Positions 1 through 9,904 of a stretch of DNA of 64,000 nt are shown here, piece by piece (position 1 is the stretch's first letter; each line of letters opens with the position of its first letter). A program made the translations under genes and the position numbers. The notes beneath the pieces were generated by a model, which saw nothing but the letters and a program-made list of their open reading frames with translations, ran no database searches and had not been told where the DNA came from. The DNA lies in the sequence record MZ475898.1; one strand, 5' to 3'.

Positions 1-1
1 A

Positions 2-601
2 AAAATTCCTATTCGCATTATCGAGGACACGCGCCCAATAATCATTTGCCCCGAGATGGAAGACAAACCTCGTCCGTTTCGTTTTCGCGGTCAGTGCCCG
101 ATAACAACCTGCCAGTATTGCACACGCGAAACTGCAACTGGCTGCATGTCGTTAGATCGTAAAGAGTCTTCCGACCGTTCTATCTCTAACCGCGAGATTG
201 CGTACTATAAGCGTAGCCTCTTTCCTGAACTTAAAGAGATGGATCAGAAACAGTTGGACACGACTGTTCGACGGGCACAGACTCGTACCCGTACTGCTAT
301 CTGTCTCAATATGTTTATTGCCTCCGTTGATGATTCTGATTCTGATCGTTCATTTCAGTACGTGAAAGGCAGACACCCGTCAGTGGACAATGTGCATAAC
401 TACATGGTTCAAACCTTTACCGACTACAGACCTTGGATGCTCGCCTATCTTGATGATGAGCAGCGCTTCGAAGAACTGGTCGGTAAGATAGCAAATTCTG
501 AATTTAATTTAGGTACAGCCTTGCGTCTTACGCCTCGTAAGTATCAGGTGTTCTGCAAAGCTCTAAACGACCTTAAACAATCTGGAGAAACCAATGAGTG
601 A
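2..601 (+). CDS. Hypothetical protein, probably 5'-truncated by the window edge
   Basis: Frame is open from position 2 (KIPIRIIEDTRP...) into the tracked ORF at 56; contains CPITTCQYC; stop overlaps the next start. Confidence 0.7.
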   Translation, partial: KIPIRIIEDTRPIIICPEMEDKPRPFRFRGQCPITTCQYCTRETATGCMSLDRKESSDRSISNREIAYYKRSLFPELKEMDQKQLDTTVRRAQTRTRTAICLNMFIASVDDSDSDRSFQYVKGRHPSVDNVHNYMVQTFTDYRPWMLAYLDDEQRFEELVGKIANSEFNLGTALRLTPRKYQVFCKALNDLKQSGETNE

Positions 602-2369
602 TAACTTCATTACTCTTGAGCAATATCGCGCGATGATCGAACGCAACATCCTGACCGAACCCGCGATGTTAGTCAAGAACCAGACTCAGCCACTTGGGCG
701 CATCATCTTCCAAGCGCTGGGCGACAACATGCAGATGAAGGACATCATTGTTCCTGACTCTCGCAACGCGATTGACCTGACGCAGCAAGCGCCGCTGTCT
801 AACCTGCTGGCCAGCTCGCAACTCAAGTCGCTGATTCAGCTTCGCCGTCTGGTAATCTTGAATCCGGATGATATGCCTGCACCAGAGCAAGGCATTAAGA
901 AGCCTACTCTGTCGCAAGAGCCCGTTGCTGGCGCTACCTCGATCGATGGTACTACGATTCCAAACGCGACTGTTATCGTTGAGCAAAACGGTAACGTCTG
1001 GACTGGTACTTCGAACGGTAGCGGTGCTTTCACTGTTGACGTGTCTGGCCTTGCAGAAGGTCCATTCAGCGTAACAGTCACAGCCGACAACTATGCGCCT
1101 TCGCGCTTCACTTACACTGCTGGTCCTCAGCCGTTGCAGCCGTACCCTGAACCTACTATTCATGCAGTCTTCAAAGAGACTCAGGTAACAGGTACTACTG
1201 TGGCTGACGCGAACATCGTCGTCGAATTCGGCGGCAAGTCGTTCACAGGTCAGGCTACTAACGCCGGGGACTTTACCGTACCAACTGGCGCGCTGCCGTT
1301 CGATACCATCGTCGTCAAATTTGTCGCCGAAGGTTATCTGGATGCGCAGCGTAGCGTCAACACTTCATCCGTACCAGGCACTGCTACCATCAGCGATCTC
1401 AAGTACCTCGTTACTGAAATTAATGGTACTGCAAGCCCTAGCGCTCAAGTCGAAGTGCTGGTGGATGGTCAGTCTAATCAGATCGTTAACGCGAACACCG
1501 ACGGCCTGTGGACTGCAACCGTGCAGCCTGTCAAAGGCGATGTGAATATCCGCAGTCTGGAAGTTAGCGGTTACGACGAAGCGACTGCAACTGTTAAGCC
1601 GACCACCAACACCATGGGCGCAATCACTATCGATAACGCAGACCAGTTCGGTGAGAACGAAACTGTCGTTACCGGTACTGTTGCAGGTCTGGATGAGAAC
1701 GCGACCGACGTTGCTGTGACTGTCACTGTTCAGGCGGGCGTGTACGAAGGTACAGTCAATCTGTCTAACGGTACCTTCCGCGTTGAAGGCATCGATGCTA
1801 AAGCGGGTGTGGGTTCAAGTGGTGTCGTTGACATTACTTCGGCCTTCTACGAAGAAGCGTCCGAGTCGTTCACGATTCTGGAAGAGTTCTCTGTGCCGAC
1901 TGTTACACAAGCACAGGACGGTGATACTTCAATCAAGGGTCAGACCTCAGGGTCTACCACTGTGAAGATCACTATGGGAAGTGAAACGAAGCAAGCATCT
2001 GCAACACCTCAGGGTGATTTTGAAGTTACTGGCTTTACCAACGTTGCGCCTGGTGCACTCACTATCGAGCTGTCTAAGTCAGGCTACCTGACCAAAACTT
2101 CTCAAGTGACTCTGGTCGTTCAGGCGTACGGCATTGCTGATGCAGAACCTAAGGTAGATGATACCACAGTGACTGGTCATGCAACGCAAGGTTCTACCGT
2201 TACCATTACTCAGGGTAGCGTAACTGGTGATGCACAAGCTGATGCGTCTACTGGTGAGTTCTCTGTAACTCTGTCTGGTCCGCTGACGGCAGGTGAGTTG
2301 CAATTCAAGGTGAGCCATGCTAACTACGTGGATTACACCGAAACTCTTACTGTGGCCGCTTCGGCCTAA
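594..2369 (+). CDS. Virion-associated protein with tandem bacterial Ig-like (Big) repeats
   Basis: Several ~80-aa repeats of the pattern G-T-x-P-x-A-T-V-x-V...G-x-F-x-V...L-x-x-G...GY; T/V/G-rich; GGAG RBS before ATG. Confidence 0.8.
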   Translation: MSDNFITLEQYRAMIERNILTEPAMLVKNQTQPLGRIIFQALGDNMQMKDIIVPDSRNAIDLTQQAPLSNLLASSQLKSLIQLRRLVILNPDDMPAPEQGIKKPTLSQEPVAGATSIDGTTIPNATVIVEQNGNVWTGTSNGSGAFTVDVSGLAEGPFSVTVTADNYAPSRFTYTAGPQPLQPYPEPTIHAVFKETQVTGTTVADANIVVEFGGKSFTGQATNAGDFTVPTGALPFDTIVVKFVAEGYLDAQRSVNTSSVPGTATISDLKYLVTEINGTASPSAQVEVLVDGQSNQIVNANTDGLWTATVQPVKGDVNIRSLEVSGYDEATATVKPTTNTMGAITIDNADQFGENETVVTGTVAGLDENATDVAVTVTVQAGVYEGTVNLSNGTFRVEGIDAKAGVGSSGVVDITSAFYEEASESFTILEEFSVPTVTQAQDGDTSIKGQTSGSTTVKITMGSETKQASATPQGDFEVTGFTNVAPGALTIELSKSGYLTKTSQVTLVVQAYGIADAEPKVDDTTVTGHATQGSTVTITQGSVTGDAQADASTGEFSVTLSGPLTAGELQFKVSHANYVDYTETLTVAASA

Positions 2370-2372
2370 TGC

Positions 2373-2390
2373 AAGGGGCTTCGGCCCCTT
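2373..2390 (+). terminator. Hairpin after the Ig-repeat gene
   Basis: AAGGGG-CTTCGG-CCCCTT. Confidence 0.6.
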
Positions 2391-2416
2391 AATAAAACAA
2401 TTTCTGGAGAAAGACC

Positions 2417-3091
2417 ATGACAACCAAAGCCTCAGCTTCAAACAAAGTAAAGCCGATTACCCTGAACGCATACAACGAACGTTACAAAGATGACTCCGTT
2501 GCTTCGCTGTATGTACTGAACCGTACTGAGCCTCGCGGTAACGTAGCATTCTCTGCTGTCAACGATCTGGGCCAGCCTATTGCCGTAGTAGTTCCAGCTA
2601 CTTTCATTCCAATCGACCTGACCACTCAGGCGACTAAAGAAAGCCTGATGAAGTCTACTCACTTCCGTCGTGCATTGAATCAACGCCAGCTGGTCATTCT
2701 TGACAACGACAGCGCAGAGAACTTCCTGCGCTCCAACCCTCTGGCTAAAACCGAACTGCGTAACCTGAGCCGCATCGACGGTCTGATTGCCAGCGATCTG
2801 AAAGAAATCGAAGGCTCTGATGATCTGGAAGAAATCGATCTGGGTGGTGGCGGCGGTCGTAAGAAGACTCGCCACTTCGAAGGCGATAACATCTCGTCTA
2901 ACCAGTTCGTTAACGCATTCATCTCTCGCGCCGCAGAAGACAGTCAAGAGTCTGATGAGAACCTTGAGCGTGAATTCCTGAACAAAGGCCTGAGCCTGCC
3001 TGTTGAAGAACTGGAGCTGCTGCGCAAGCACATCACCCGTCCTGCAATCGTTGAGCTGATCGTTCAGGCGCTGGACGAAGCCGAAGCGTAA
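2417..3091 (+). CDS. Hypothetical (probable virion) protein sharing its N-terminal domain with 594..2369
   Basis: GGAG RBS; N-terminal ~90 aa align by eye to the N-terminus of the Ig-repeat protein. Confidence 0.8.
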   Translation: MTTKASASNKVKPITLNAYNERYKDDSVASLYVLNRTEPRGNVAFSAVNDLGQPIAVVVPATFIPIDLTTQATKESLMKSTHFRRALNQRQLVILDNDSAENFLRSNPLAKTELRNLSRIDGLIASDLKEIEGSDDLEEIDLGGGGGRKKTRHFEGDNISSNQFVNAFISRAAEDSQESDENLEREFLNKGLSLPVEELELLRKHITRPAIVELIVQALDEAEA

Positions 3092-3112
3092 TCGTTCAAA
3101 AAGCATTTAGAC

Positions 3113-3152
3113 AAAAAAAAATGGGAGGCCCCGAAAGGAGTCTCCCATTTTT
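3113..3152. terminator. Bidirectional intrinsic terminator between convergent genes
   Basis: A-tract, ATGGGAG...CTCCCAT stem, T-tract. Confidence 0.85.
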
Positions 3153-3153
3153 G

Positions 3154-3312
3154 TTACAGCAACTTATTTTTCTGCTCTGCTCTAATAGCACGTTCTATGC
3201 GCGTATTGCCTAGATAACGAAAGTAACTAAGACGAATAGTAGTCTGGTGCTCACGTTCACGTAGGTCAGCGAGCGTGTGACTTTTGAACCTTCTTCTTGG
3301 CTTTAGCGCCAT
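3154..3312 (-). CDS. Small basic protein (52 aa, MALKPRRRFKSHTLADLRE...) overlapping the primase 3' end
   Basis: Hand-translated; AGAGGA RBS upstream of ATG; stop abuts the terminator; too short for the ORF track. Confidence 0.5.
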   Translation of the reverse strand: MALKPRRRFKSHTLADLREREHQTTIRLSYFRYLGNTRIERAIRAEQKNKLL

Positions 3313-4363
3313 CTTTCTTTTCCTCTTTTATCGGACGTGCCCAACCCAACTCTTTAGCAGGAACAAAACAGTTCTTGCCGTGAATCTCTCTGAGAAGTTC
3401 TTTGACTTCCTTGATGATCTGCATACTCGCATTATCAGGGTCGAGCTTAATCAGCTTACCGTCTTCATCGAACTCACGAGGTAATTTGAAATGCTTAACC
3501 TGCAGCGGTGAGTTACGATCAAACTCCGCTTTGATTTTGTTGCGGAGCATCTTACCTGCCGCATCGTTATCTGTCATCGTGTAGACAACGCTGATGCCTA
3601 ACATCTCAATCGTTCTGCGTTTCGTTTCACCGAACTGCTCTGCGCCCAACACAGCGACTGCTGGAATGCCATACGACAATAGCGCAAGCGCATCACGAGG
3701 ACCTTCAACGATCACAATGTACTTGAGCTTGTATTTCTTCAAACACTCTTTCGCTAACTGCAAGGGGAACAGGCCTTTATCCTTTGCCCAATCACCTTGC
3801 GAGTTTACATAGCTGGTGCCGTTCATCTGCTTTCTCAGATACGCAGCGATACCACCTATGTACTTTGTTCCATGTTTACACGGAAAGAAACAAATGCTTG
3901 TGCCTGTGCGCTGTGCATTCAACAAACCACCAGCAGCACGAACAAGCGCTCCGGGATATCCGCGCCATTCTTCATCGAGTGGCCAATCAAGATAGCTGTT
4001 ACGTCCGAGCGCTTTCATCAACAGACCAACTGACGGGTAAGTACCAATCTTCTGACCTATCTGCTCATACGTTCTGAGCAACGCACTTAACGAGTTCGTG
4101 CCAGCATCTTTAATCGCCCAGCCTTTGATCTCTTGGAGCTTCGCGTGCTGTGCTAACTTGTTCCAGCCGCCTTTCTCTCCGCAACCAAAACAGTGGAAGA
4201 AACCTAGCGGTATCTCCATGCCCACAGAAGTGTAAATACCACAACTAGGAGTCTTATCACTGTGGAAGGGACAACACACCATGATAGTGTCGCCGTTATA
4301 TTTCTTATCGCCGGGTATCTTGCCTATTTCATCAAGAATTATCTGATGGACATCTTCTGCCAT
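3266..4363 (-). CDS. dnaG: DNA primase (CHC2 zinc finger plus TOPRIM domain)
   Basis: CCPFHSDKTPSC...FHCFGCGEKG; IVIVEGPRDAL and TDND TOPRIM motifs; start moved to MAEDVH (AGAGGA RBS). Confidence 0.92.
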   Translation of the reverse strand: MAEDVHQIILDEIGKIPGDKKYNGDTIMVCCPFHSDKTPSCGIYTSVGMEIPLGFFHCFGCGEKGGWNKLAQHAKLQEIKGWAIKDAGTNSLSALLRTYEQIGQKIGTYPSVGLLMKALGRNSYLDWPLDEEWRGYPGALVRAAGGLLNAQRTGTSICFFPCKHGTKYIGGIAAYLRKQMNGTSYVNSQGDWAKDKGLFPLQLAKECLKKYKLKYIVIVEGPRDALALLSYGIPAVAVLGAEQFGETKRRTIEMLGISVVYTMTDNDAAGKMLRNKIKAEFDRNSPLQVKHFKLPREFDEDGKLIKLDPDNASMQIIKEVKELLREIHGKNCFVPAKELGWARPIKEEKKDGAKAKKKVQKSHAR

Positions 4364-4425
4364 ACCATCCTCTACTTGCTTCGTAATTTGAGCATATACG
4401 CACATTTACAGTTTCTGGAGCTATC

Positions 4426-4761
4426 ATGAGCAATCAGCATCGCTACGTTGCATCTGCGCAGCGCCGCTTCTATTCGAAGAACTGGTTGGAGTTTTGTGAT
4501 CTTATTCGAGTAGAGCCGCAGAAGATTGGCGCTTTCAACAAACAGGGTGATTTGATTGGTCTCCAGTTGCCTGTTGATTTTGACTATACGACTGCAACAA
4601 AAAGCCTGCGCCTGATGTACGCTGTCAAGGAAGAAGGTGTCGATATGCGCTGCTACCTGTTTGGTGCTCGCTACTACAAGTTCGTTTTCTTTGAAAAAAC
4701 AATTGCCGTAAGCGAGGAAGAATATGAGATCGTTAGCCAACGTTCCAGCGCGAGTCAATGA
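4426..4761 (+). CDS. Hypothetical protein
   Basis: GGAG RBS; overlaps the next gene. Confidence 0.7.
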   Translation: MSNQHRYVASAQRRFYSKNWLEFCDLIRVEPQKIGAFNKQGDLIGLQLPVDFDYTTATKSLRLMYAVKEEGVDMRCYLFGARYYKFVFFEKTIAVSEEEYEIVSQRSSASQ

Positions 4762-5809
4762 CACACGGAAGCTGTCACGCATCGGTAAGATGATCGACGC
4801 TGCACTTGACGTTAAGATTCAAGAGAAGCGTTGGCCAAAGAAGCGTGTTAGTCCGTCAATGTTCCCTATCTGTCCGATTCAGGAAACTGCCAAGCTCATC
4901 TATCAGAAACACAACAACGCAATGACGGGTGAGTCTGGTACGCTGCTGAACATCTTTGCGAAAGCAGGTACGGGGATGCACGAGGCGATTCAGAATGCTC
5001 TGGGTCATAGTGGTCAGATGGTAGGCCACTGGAAGTGCACCAACGAAAAGTGTGAGGAGTACCCGAAGACTAAAGGCAAGATGGTCGATGGCAAATACAA
5101 GAAGGGCAAGTACACGCGCACTAAAAGCACGAACAACCGCTGCCCTTGTTGTGATCAGCCTATGGCCTATGCTGAACTCAAGGTGCTGTACAAAACTCTC
5201 AAGGGCTATGTCGATGGACTTGTCGATAACCTTGACGGCACGTACAGCCTGATCGATTTAAAGTCAACGATGATCACGAAAGCAGAGGACGGCACATTCT
5301 TTGTCAAGTACCATCGCTTCCAGATTGCAACCTATGCCTATCTGCTCAAGAAGCGCTATGGATATAACATCGTTGACTACACTCTGGTCTATGTTCCACG
5401 CGACAACCCTAAGAAGTTTGTCGAGAAGACCTTTGTGTTTGACGAAGAAGAAGCAAAACGCGCCAAAGACTTTATGATGGTGCAGATACGCGCTTGGGAT
5501 GCTGCGGTAAAATCGGCTGCTACTGGTGACCTGATGCCTGCTATCAAACGCAAGCCATGCAAGAGCGCCGAGTATTATTGGGATGAGTTTCATGGCTACG
5601 ACACTTGTCCGTTTGTAGATCATTGCTTTATTCAATCACACATGATCGACTTCATGAAGAAGTTAGAACAACGAATCATGGCTAACCCCGAACTGACGTA
5701 CACGGAAATCATTACGACAGGTCGGAAAACTCAACAACAAGGATTGCTGCCGGACAAGAAACCGAAGTCAGGTCGTCCGAAGCATATCGTAAAAACATTT
5801 GAGCTATGA
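4724..5809 (+). CDS. Cas4/RecB-like PD-(D/E)XK exonuclease
   Basis: SPSMFPIC, GTGMH, GYVDGL, LIDLKS, QIATY motifs and C-terminal Cys cluster; the start may be ATG 4790. Confidence 0.85.
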   Translation: MRSLANVPARVNDTRKLSRIGKMIDAALDVKIQEKRWPKKRVSPSMFPICPIQETAKLIYQKHNNAMTGESGTLLNIFAKAGTGMHEAIQNALGHSGQMVGHWKCTNEKCEEYPKTKGKMVDGKYKKGKYTRTKSTNNRCPCCDQPMAYAELKVLYKTLKGYVDGLVDNLDGTYSLIDLKSTMITKAEDGTFFVKYHRFQIATYAYLLKKRYGYNIVDYTLVYVPRDNPKKFVEKTFVFDEEEAKRAKDFMMVQIRAWDAAVKSAATGDLMPAIKRKPCKSAEYYWDEFHGYDTCPFVDHCFIQSHMIDFMKKLEQRIMANPELTYTEIITTGRKTQQQGLLPDKKPKSGRPKHIVKTFEL

Positions 5810-6216
5810 GCATCGAAAGAGACTATGAACGTTCTGCGCGAAGACTTAAGGAGTCTGTCCGGCGCATGGAACAACTCGGTTACGTTGTTCCCCACTGCGT
5901 TGTTTTAGTTCTGGCCAAGCTGCGGCCACCCAAAGAGGTGGTGTCGAGAAAGTACCTCGTTATTCTGATGTTGTTCAGTCAGACGTGTGAGACGCTGGGT
6001 GCTACCTTGACTATGCGTGAGCAGCTTGTGGTTAAACTGACTATCTTAGGCCGTAAGCATCCAACGCCAGAGATTACGCGCAAGCAACAGCGCATCGATC
6101 AGCTGGTAATATCGCAAGACAAGATCATTGAGAGTAACCTCGACCTGCTTGCGTATCGTTCGGAGATACTGCTGGCAATTCTCAGTGGTGAAGATCCAAA
6201 ATCACGATACATTTGA
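5806..6216 (+). CDS. Hypothetical protein
   Basis: ATGA start/stop overlap. Confidence 0.7.
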   Translation: MSIERDYERSARRLKESVRRMEQLGYVVPHCVVLVLAKLRPPKEVVSRKYLVILMLFSQTCETLGATLTMREQLVVKLTILGRKHPTPEITRKQQRIDQLVISQDKIIESNLDLLAYRSEILLAILSGEDPKSRYI

Positions 6217-6224
6217 GGTAATAT

Positions 6225-6689
6225 ATGACCATCGTTTATATCAGCCTGAGTCAAACGTCTTCGGATAAGAACCGAGACCGTGTCTCAAGCCCTGAGTCAA
6301 ACACTGGACGTGTTGACGTGTCTGAATACGCTTCTCTTGAGAAGAAATTGCGCCTCACAGAAGAAGCCAAGGACAAAGAGAAACTTGCACAGAAAGCTGG
6401 TGGCGGGGATTCTGTAAAGAATAAGAAAGCCAAGCCTAAAGCAGATGATGCAGGAGGAGATGATGATGCCACGGATGATGACGCAAGTTTCGACGACTTC
6501 GATACTGGAGATGACGACGATGATGCAGATTCCGACGCTTCGAACGGAAAGAAATCTAACAAAGCCAAGGGCGGCAAAGACAAGTCAGAAGAAACTGACG
6601 GCGGAGAACCCTCAAGTGAAGATGGGGATGATTCTGCTGAAGGAGATGATGACGGCTCCGACGACGACTTTGAAGACGAAGACGCCTGA
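6225..6689 (+). CDS. Low-complexity acidic/Lys-rich protein
   Basis: GAGG RBS; D/G/K-rich C-terminal two thirds. Confidence 0.75.
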   Translation: MTIVYISLSQTSSDKNRDRVSSPESNTGRVDVSEYASLEKKLRLTEEAKDKEKLAQKAGGGDSVKNKKAKPKADDAGGDDDATDDDASFDDFDTGDDDDDADSDASNGKKSNKAKGGKDKSEETDGGEPSSEDGDDSAEGDDDGSDDDFEDEDA

Positions 6690-6705
6690 GGAAGCATACG
6701 AAGAA

Positions 6706-7164
6706 ATGCGTGACATACTGATCGCTATTCAGTATATGTGTGTCAAGCGCATGGTCTTCCCGATTGTCACTGCCCGCATTGAGCAGAAGAATGGTTTCTT
6801 GGTAATGCACGCCATGCGTTTCAATGTCAGTCCCAAGAAATTCTTCGAAGCCATTAACGAGCGCAACGGTCAGATTAATTGTGTCTGGCTGCTGCGTGCC
6901 TTTACTCGTACTGCAATCAGTTATGGCCTCAAGCCTGTGATCGTCGAGAAGCTGAATGAGTACCAAGCGTTCAGCTCTCGTTTCTTTGATCACTCGGATG
7001 TAGACCTGACGTATCGTCGTCAGTACGATTACCGTGAACTGGCAATTCTGGCAGAGCATCCCAAACCTCGAATTTATACGCTGAATGGAGTTGATTACGA
7101 TGGCGTACAAATCCCAAGCAAAGAAACCCAAGAAGTCGAAAGCCGCGAAAGAAGCGGAAGTTAG
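6706..7164 (+). CDS. Hypothetical protein
   Basis: Likely start MRDILI with GAGGA upstream; the tracked 6445 extension is a shadow of the previous gene. Confidence 0.65.
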   Translation: MRDILIAIQYMCVKRMVFPIVTARIEQKNGFLVMHAMRFNVSPKKFFEAINERNGQINCVWLLRAFTRTAISYGLKPVIVEKLNEYQAFSSRFFDHSDVDLTYRRQYDYRELAILAEHPKPRIYTLNGVDYDGVQIPSKETQEVESRERSGS

Positions 7165-7756
7165 ACAGAAAGCGCACAAGCAAGCGCGTTCGGGTAAGCT
7201 CGGTAAAGCAGTAAAAACAATGAGTGCGGCGTCTGCAAAAAGTCGTCGTATGACCAAAGGCGAGAAGCGTGCTGTAATGCTTACGCCATTCAAAGCACAG
7301 GTTGTTCCCCAGCCTCCTAAAACCCCTCTGATGGATAAAGGTCTGTCGCTGAATGCTCTCATCAAGTCAACACCACGACTGATGAAAGAGAATGCGATGG
7401 AGTGTTATGTGAACTCAGTCAAGCGCGGCAAGACACCGAAAGGTTTGCCTTTCATTCAAGCTAACGTTAGACACAAAGACCCACTGCGTCCTAACAAGAC
7501 CGTGCGTATTCATAAGCCGATGATTGTTGGCCTTGATGATCCTTACAAGCCGATTTCAAAGCAGAAGCGCGTGCTGGTCAGTTGTCCGTGTGAGAACTTT
7601 GTGTTCATGTGGGAATACGCTGATGCCGAACACGGCGCTGCGCGTATCATCTACGGTAACGGCGAACCGCCTGACTTCACTAACCCCGGTCGTGCTCCAG
7701 GTCTGTGCAAACACCTGATGGCTTTAGCTGATCAAGTAAAACTGCACGGAGACTAA
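7100..7756 (+). CDS. SWIM-type zinc-finger protein with basic N-terminus
   Basis: VSCPCENF...GLCKHL (CxC...CxH); GGAG RBS before MAYKS. Confidence 0.7.
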   Translation: MAYKSQAKKPKKSKAAKEAEVRQKAHKQARSGKLGKAVKTMSAASAKSRRMTKGEKRAVMLTPFKAQVVPQPPKTPLMDKGLSLNALIKSTPRLMKENAMECYVNSVKRGKTPKGLPFIQANVRHKDPLRPNKTVRIHKPMIVGLDDPYKPISKQKRVLVSCPCENFVFMWEYADAEHGAARIIYGNGEPPDFTNPGRAPGLCKHLMALADQVKLHGD

Positions 7757-7758
7757 GT

Positions 7759-8292
7759 TTGGATATTTTCACCTCTGATACCCACTACGCATCACAGCGA
7801 ACTCTGGAGTTTAGTCGTCGTCCATTTGCGAACGTATCTGAAATGGATAGAACAATGCTGGACCGTTGCAATGCTGTAGCAACGCGTGAAGACACGCTAT
7901 ACCATGTTGGCGACTTCGGTGCTTACGAAATGGTGAAGTACATCAATGCGCCTGTCATTCTGATTTGCGGTAACTACGAAATCAATGACATGCACAAACA
8001 GTTCAACTCGGACTTTGATGCGTTTCGTGATCACCTACGTCGTCTTGGATTCAAAGACGTTATCCGTGATAGTCTGGAGGTTGGGGACATGCACCTCAAT
8101 CATTATCCTACTAAACGTAGCCGAACGAAGTTCAGCCTGTTCGGTCACATTCACGGTTTGCAGATGGTCAAACGCGGAGCACTAAATGTCGGCGTTGACT
8201 GTCACCACTATGCGCCAGTAGATGCTGGTCGCCTTGCGTTCTTCCGTAACGCTATCGAAACGCATTACGACGAAGACGTGTTCGGACCTTAA
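7759..8292 (+). CDS. Calcineurin-like metallophosphoesterase
   Basis: SDTH, HVGDF, GNYE, HYP, GHIH, NVGVD motifs; TTG start. Confidence 0.88.
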   Translation: MDIFTSDTHYASQRTLEFSRRPFANVSEMDRTMLDRCNAVATREDTLYHVGDFGAYEMVKYINAPVILICGNYEINDMHKQFNSDFDAFRDHLRRLGFKDVIRDSLEVGDMHLNHYPTKRSRTKFSLFGHIHGLQMVKRGALNVGVDCHHYAPVDAGRLAFFRNAIETHYDEDVFGP

Positions 8293-8306
8293 CGGAGAGT
8301 AATACC

Positions 8307-8576
8307 ATGTTCTTTAAAAATCCTGTTGGCGGTATCATCCCCAACTTTCCTATTCAACATACCATCGTTGATATGGAGCGCAGAGTATCAGAGCTGTACG
8401 GCGAGTTACGCGCTGCTGGCTGCAAAGTCGTTCAGGAGCTTGACTGTCTGTATATCGAAGTTCCGCACGGCGTTAATGTTGACCCAATCATGAAGCGTCA
8501 TGAGGAGATGTTCACCAGCATCATTTCAAAGCCCGGTCGTCTGAGTCTAGGAGATGAAGATGAAGAAGAAATTTAA
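8307..8576 (+). CDS. Hypothetical protein
   Basis: GGAG RBS. Confidence 0.7.
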   Translation: MFFKNPVGGIIPNFPIQHTIVDMERRVSELYGELRAAGCKVVQELDCLYIEVPHGVNVDPIMKRHEEMFTSIISKPGRLSLGDEDEEEI

Positions 8577-8982
8577 TCCTGATACTCACAGCGTATCTCT
8601 CCACTTCGGTCCGCATATCGTTCACGGTCATGCGCAGGAGACAGCGTTCGGTGAGGTGATGCAGTCAATGCTACTGCGTGAAATCAGTCGCAGTGCTCAT
8701 GAGTCATTTAGTAGCCTTGCTGTTGCCGAGCCTGCTCCTACCTTCGAGATTAAGGAGCAAGACGGCAGTTCTATCATTCGTGCTATTGAGCAATGGCGCC
8801 AGATGCTTGCTGATGCTCCTCAGCCCGAAGAGTTTACGCCGTGCAGTATCCCTGATTGGATGCGTCCTAGTTTGCGTGAGAGCGGCATGACTGACGCGCA
8901 GATTGATAGCATTCTGATCACAGGCGTCGAACCTAATCTAGGCGATGCGCCTGGCGTGACATTCAGGACAGTAACCATCTAA
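8560..8982 (+). CDS. Hypothetical protein
   Basis: AGGAG RBS. Confidence 0.7.
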   Translation: MKKKFNPDTHSVSLHFGPHIVHGHAQETAFGEVMQSMLLREISRSAHESFSSLAVAEPAPTFEIKEQDGSSIIRAIEQWRQMLADAPQPEEFTPCSIPDWMRPSLRESGMTDAQIDSILITGVEPNLGDAPGVTFRTVTI

Positions 8983-9194
8983 TGGCTTGTGCTGGATGTG
9001 GCCGCCGTAGTTCGAAAATAAGCTACGGCCGTTCTTCTGCTCCTCCGACTGTTGTCGAAGAGGACGATACTCTCAGTGCAGCAAAGTTAACACCTCAAGG
9101 TTGGGTAAGCACTTGTGTTGTGTGCGGCGCTCAATCAACTCCGTCACCATTTGCAGACACGATTCAAAAAACGTGTGACTGCAAACCTCAATGA
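8982..9194 (+). CDS. Small Cys-rich (putative zinc-binding) protein
   Basis: CAGC, CVVC, CDC; TAATG coupling. Confidence 0.65.
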   Translation: MACAGCGRRSSKISYGRSSAPPTVVEEDDTLSAAKLTPQGWVSTCVVCGAQSTPSPFADTIQKTCDCKPQ

Positions 9195-9202
9195 GATAAG
9201 TT

Positions 9203-9904
9203 ATGAACACAGTCTACCTGCCGTCTTTGATTGATGCGCTCAACAACTGCCGCTTCTATGCAGCGAACATGATCAACATTCAGTTCAACATGCGTCTTGA
9301 GGCATGTCCTCCTGAGCATCCTGAAGTGCCAGAAGAAGATCATCAATTGCTGGTGGCTCGTATCGCTCAGGAGTTTGATAACGCAGTGAGTCGCACTGAC
9401 CTGCGCTGGGATGCAAAGCCTCTGATTCATCGCTTCCGCGCACTGCACTCTCAGTATCTTACTGCGGTTGGCGGTGAGTTGCAGTTCGACCGAATCCCGG
9501 AACTGTCTTATCCGATTCCGTTCCCGTTCACTGAGAACACTCCGCCTGATCAAGAGATCGCGCGTCGTCATCTGCGCTTCACCGGTGAGCAAGTTCGCGC
9601 TTATCAGTATATGGTGTGTTTGTCACGCTACACGCACAAAGAGGAGACGTATTATCTGCCATCTCCTCCTGACCAGTTTGAGATGCCTGACGTTGATGCA
9701 GCATTGCCGTTCGACAGCGCACAGTCACAGATCGCTGGTATCTTCCTCGAACATTATCAGCGCGTTGAGCCTCCTCGGTATCGTGAGCAGGCGCTCCTCG
9801 AAGAAGTGGGTCGTGAGAAAATGCTGCCTATGATTTCTCAGTGTCGTTTCTGGATCTACAAGGCATTCCCTACAGTTCTCAAAAAGGTTGAAACAAATGA
9901 CTGA
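9203..9904 (+). CDS. Hypothetical protein
   Basis: Long ORF in operon. Confidence 0.75.
   Translation: MNTVYLPSLIDALNNCRFYAANMINIQFNMRLEACPPEHPEVPEEDHQLLVARIAQEFDNAVSRTDLRWDAKPLIHRFRALHSQYLTAVGGELQFDRIPELSYPIPFPFTENTPPDQEIARRHLRFTGEQVRAYQYMVCLSRYTHKEETYYLPSPPDQFEMPDVDAALPFDSAQSQIAGIFLEHYQRVEPPRYREQALLEEVGREKMLPMISQCRFWIYKAFPTVLKKVETND

Noticed and set aside
669-1163. 164-aa reverse-strand ORF inside the Ig-repeat gene
   Set aside because: Antisense shadow of a strongly codon-biased gene; no RBS or recognisable motif.
6251-7365. Reverse-strand Ser-rich ORFs (6251..6697 and 6556..7365)
   Set aside because: Complement of GAT/GAC/GAA low-complexity codons on the + strand.
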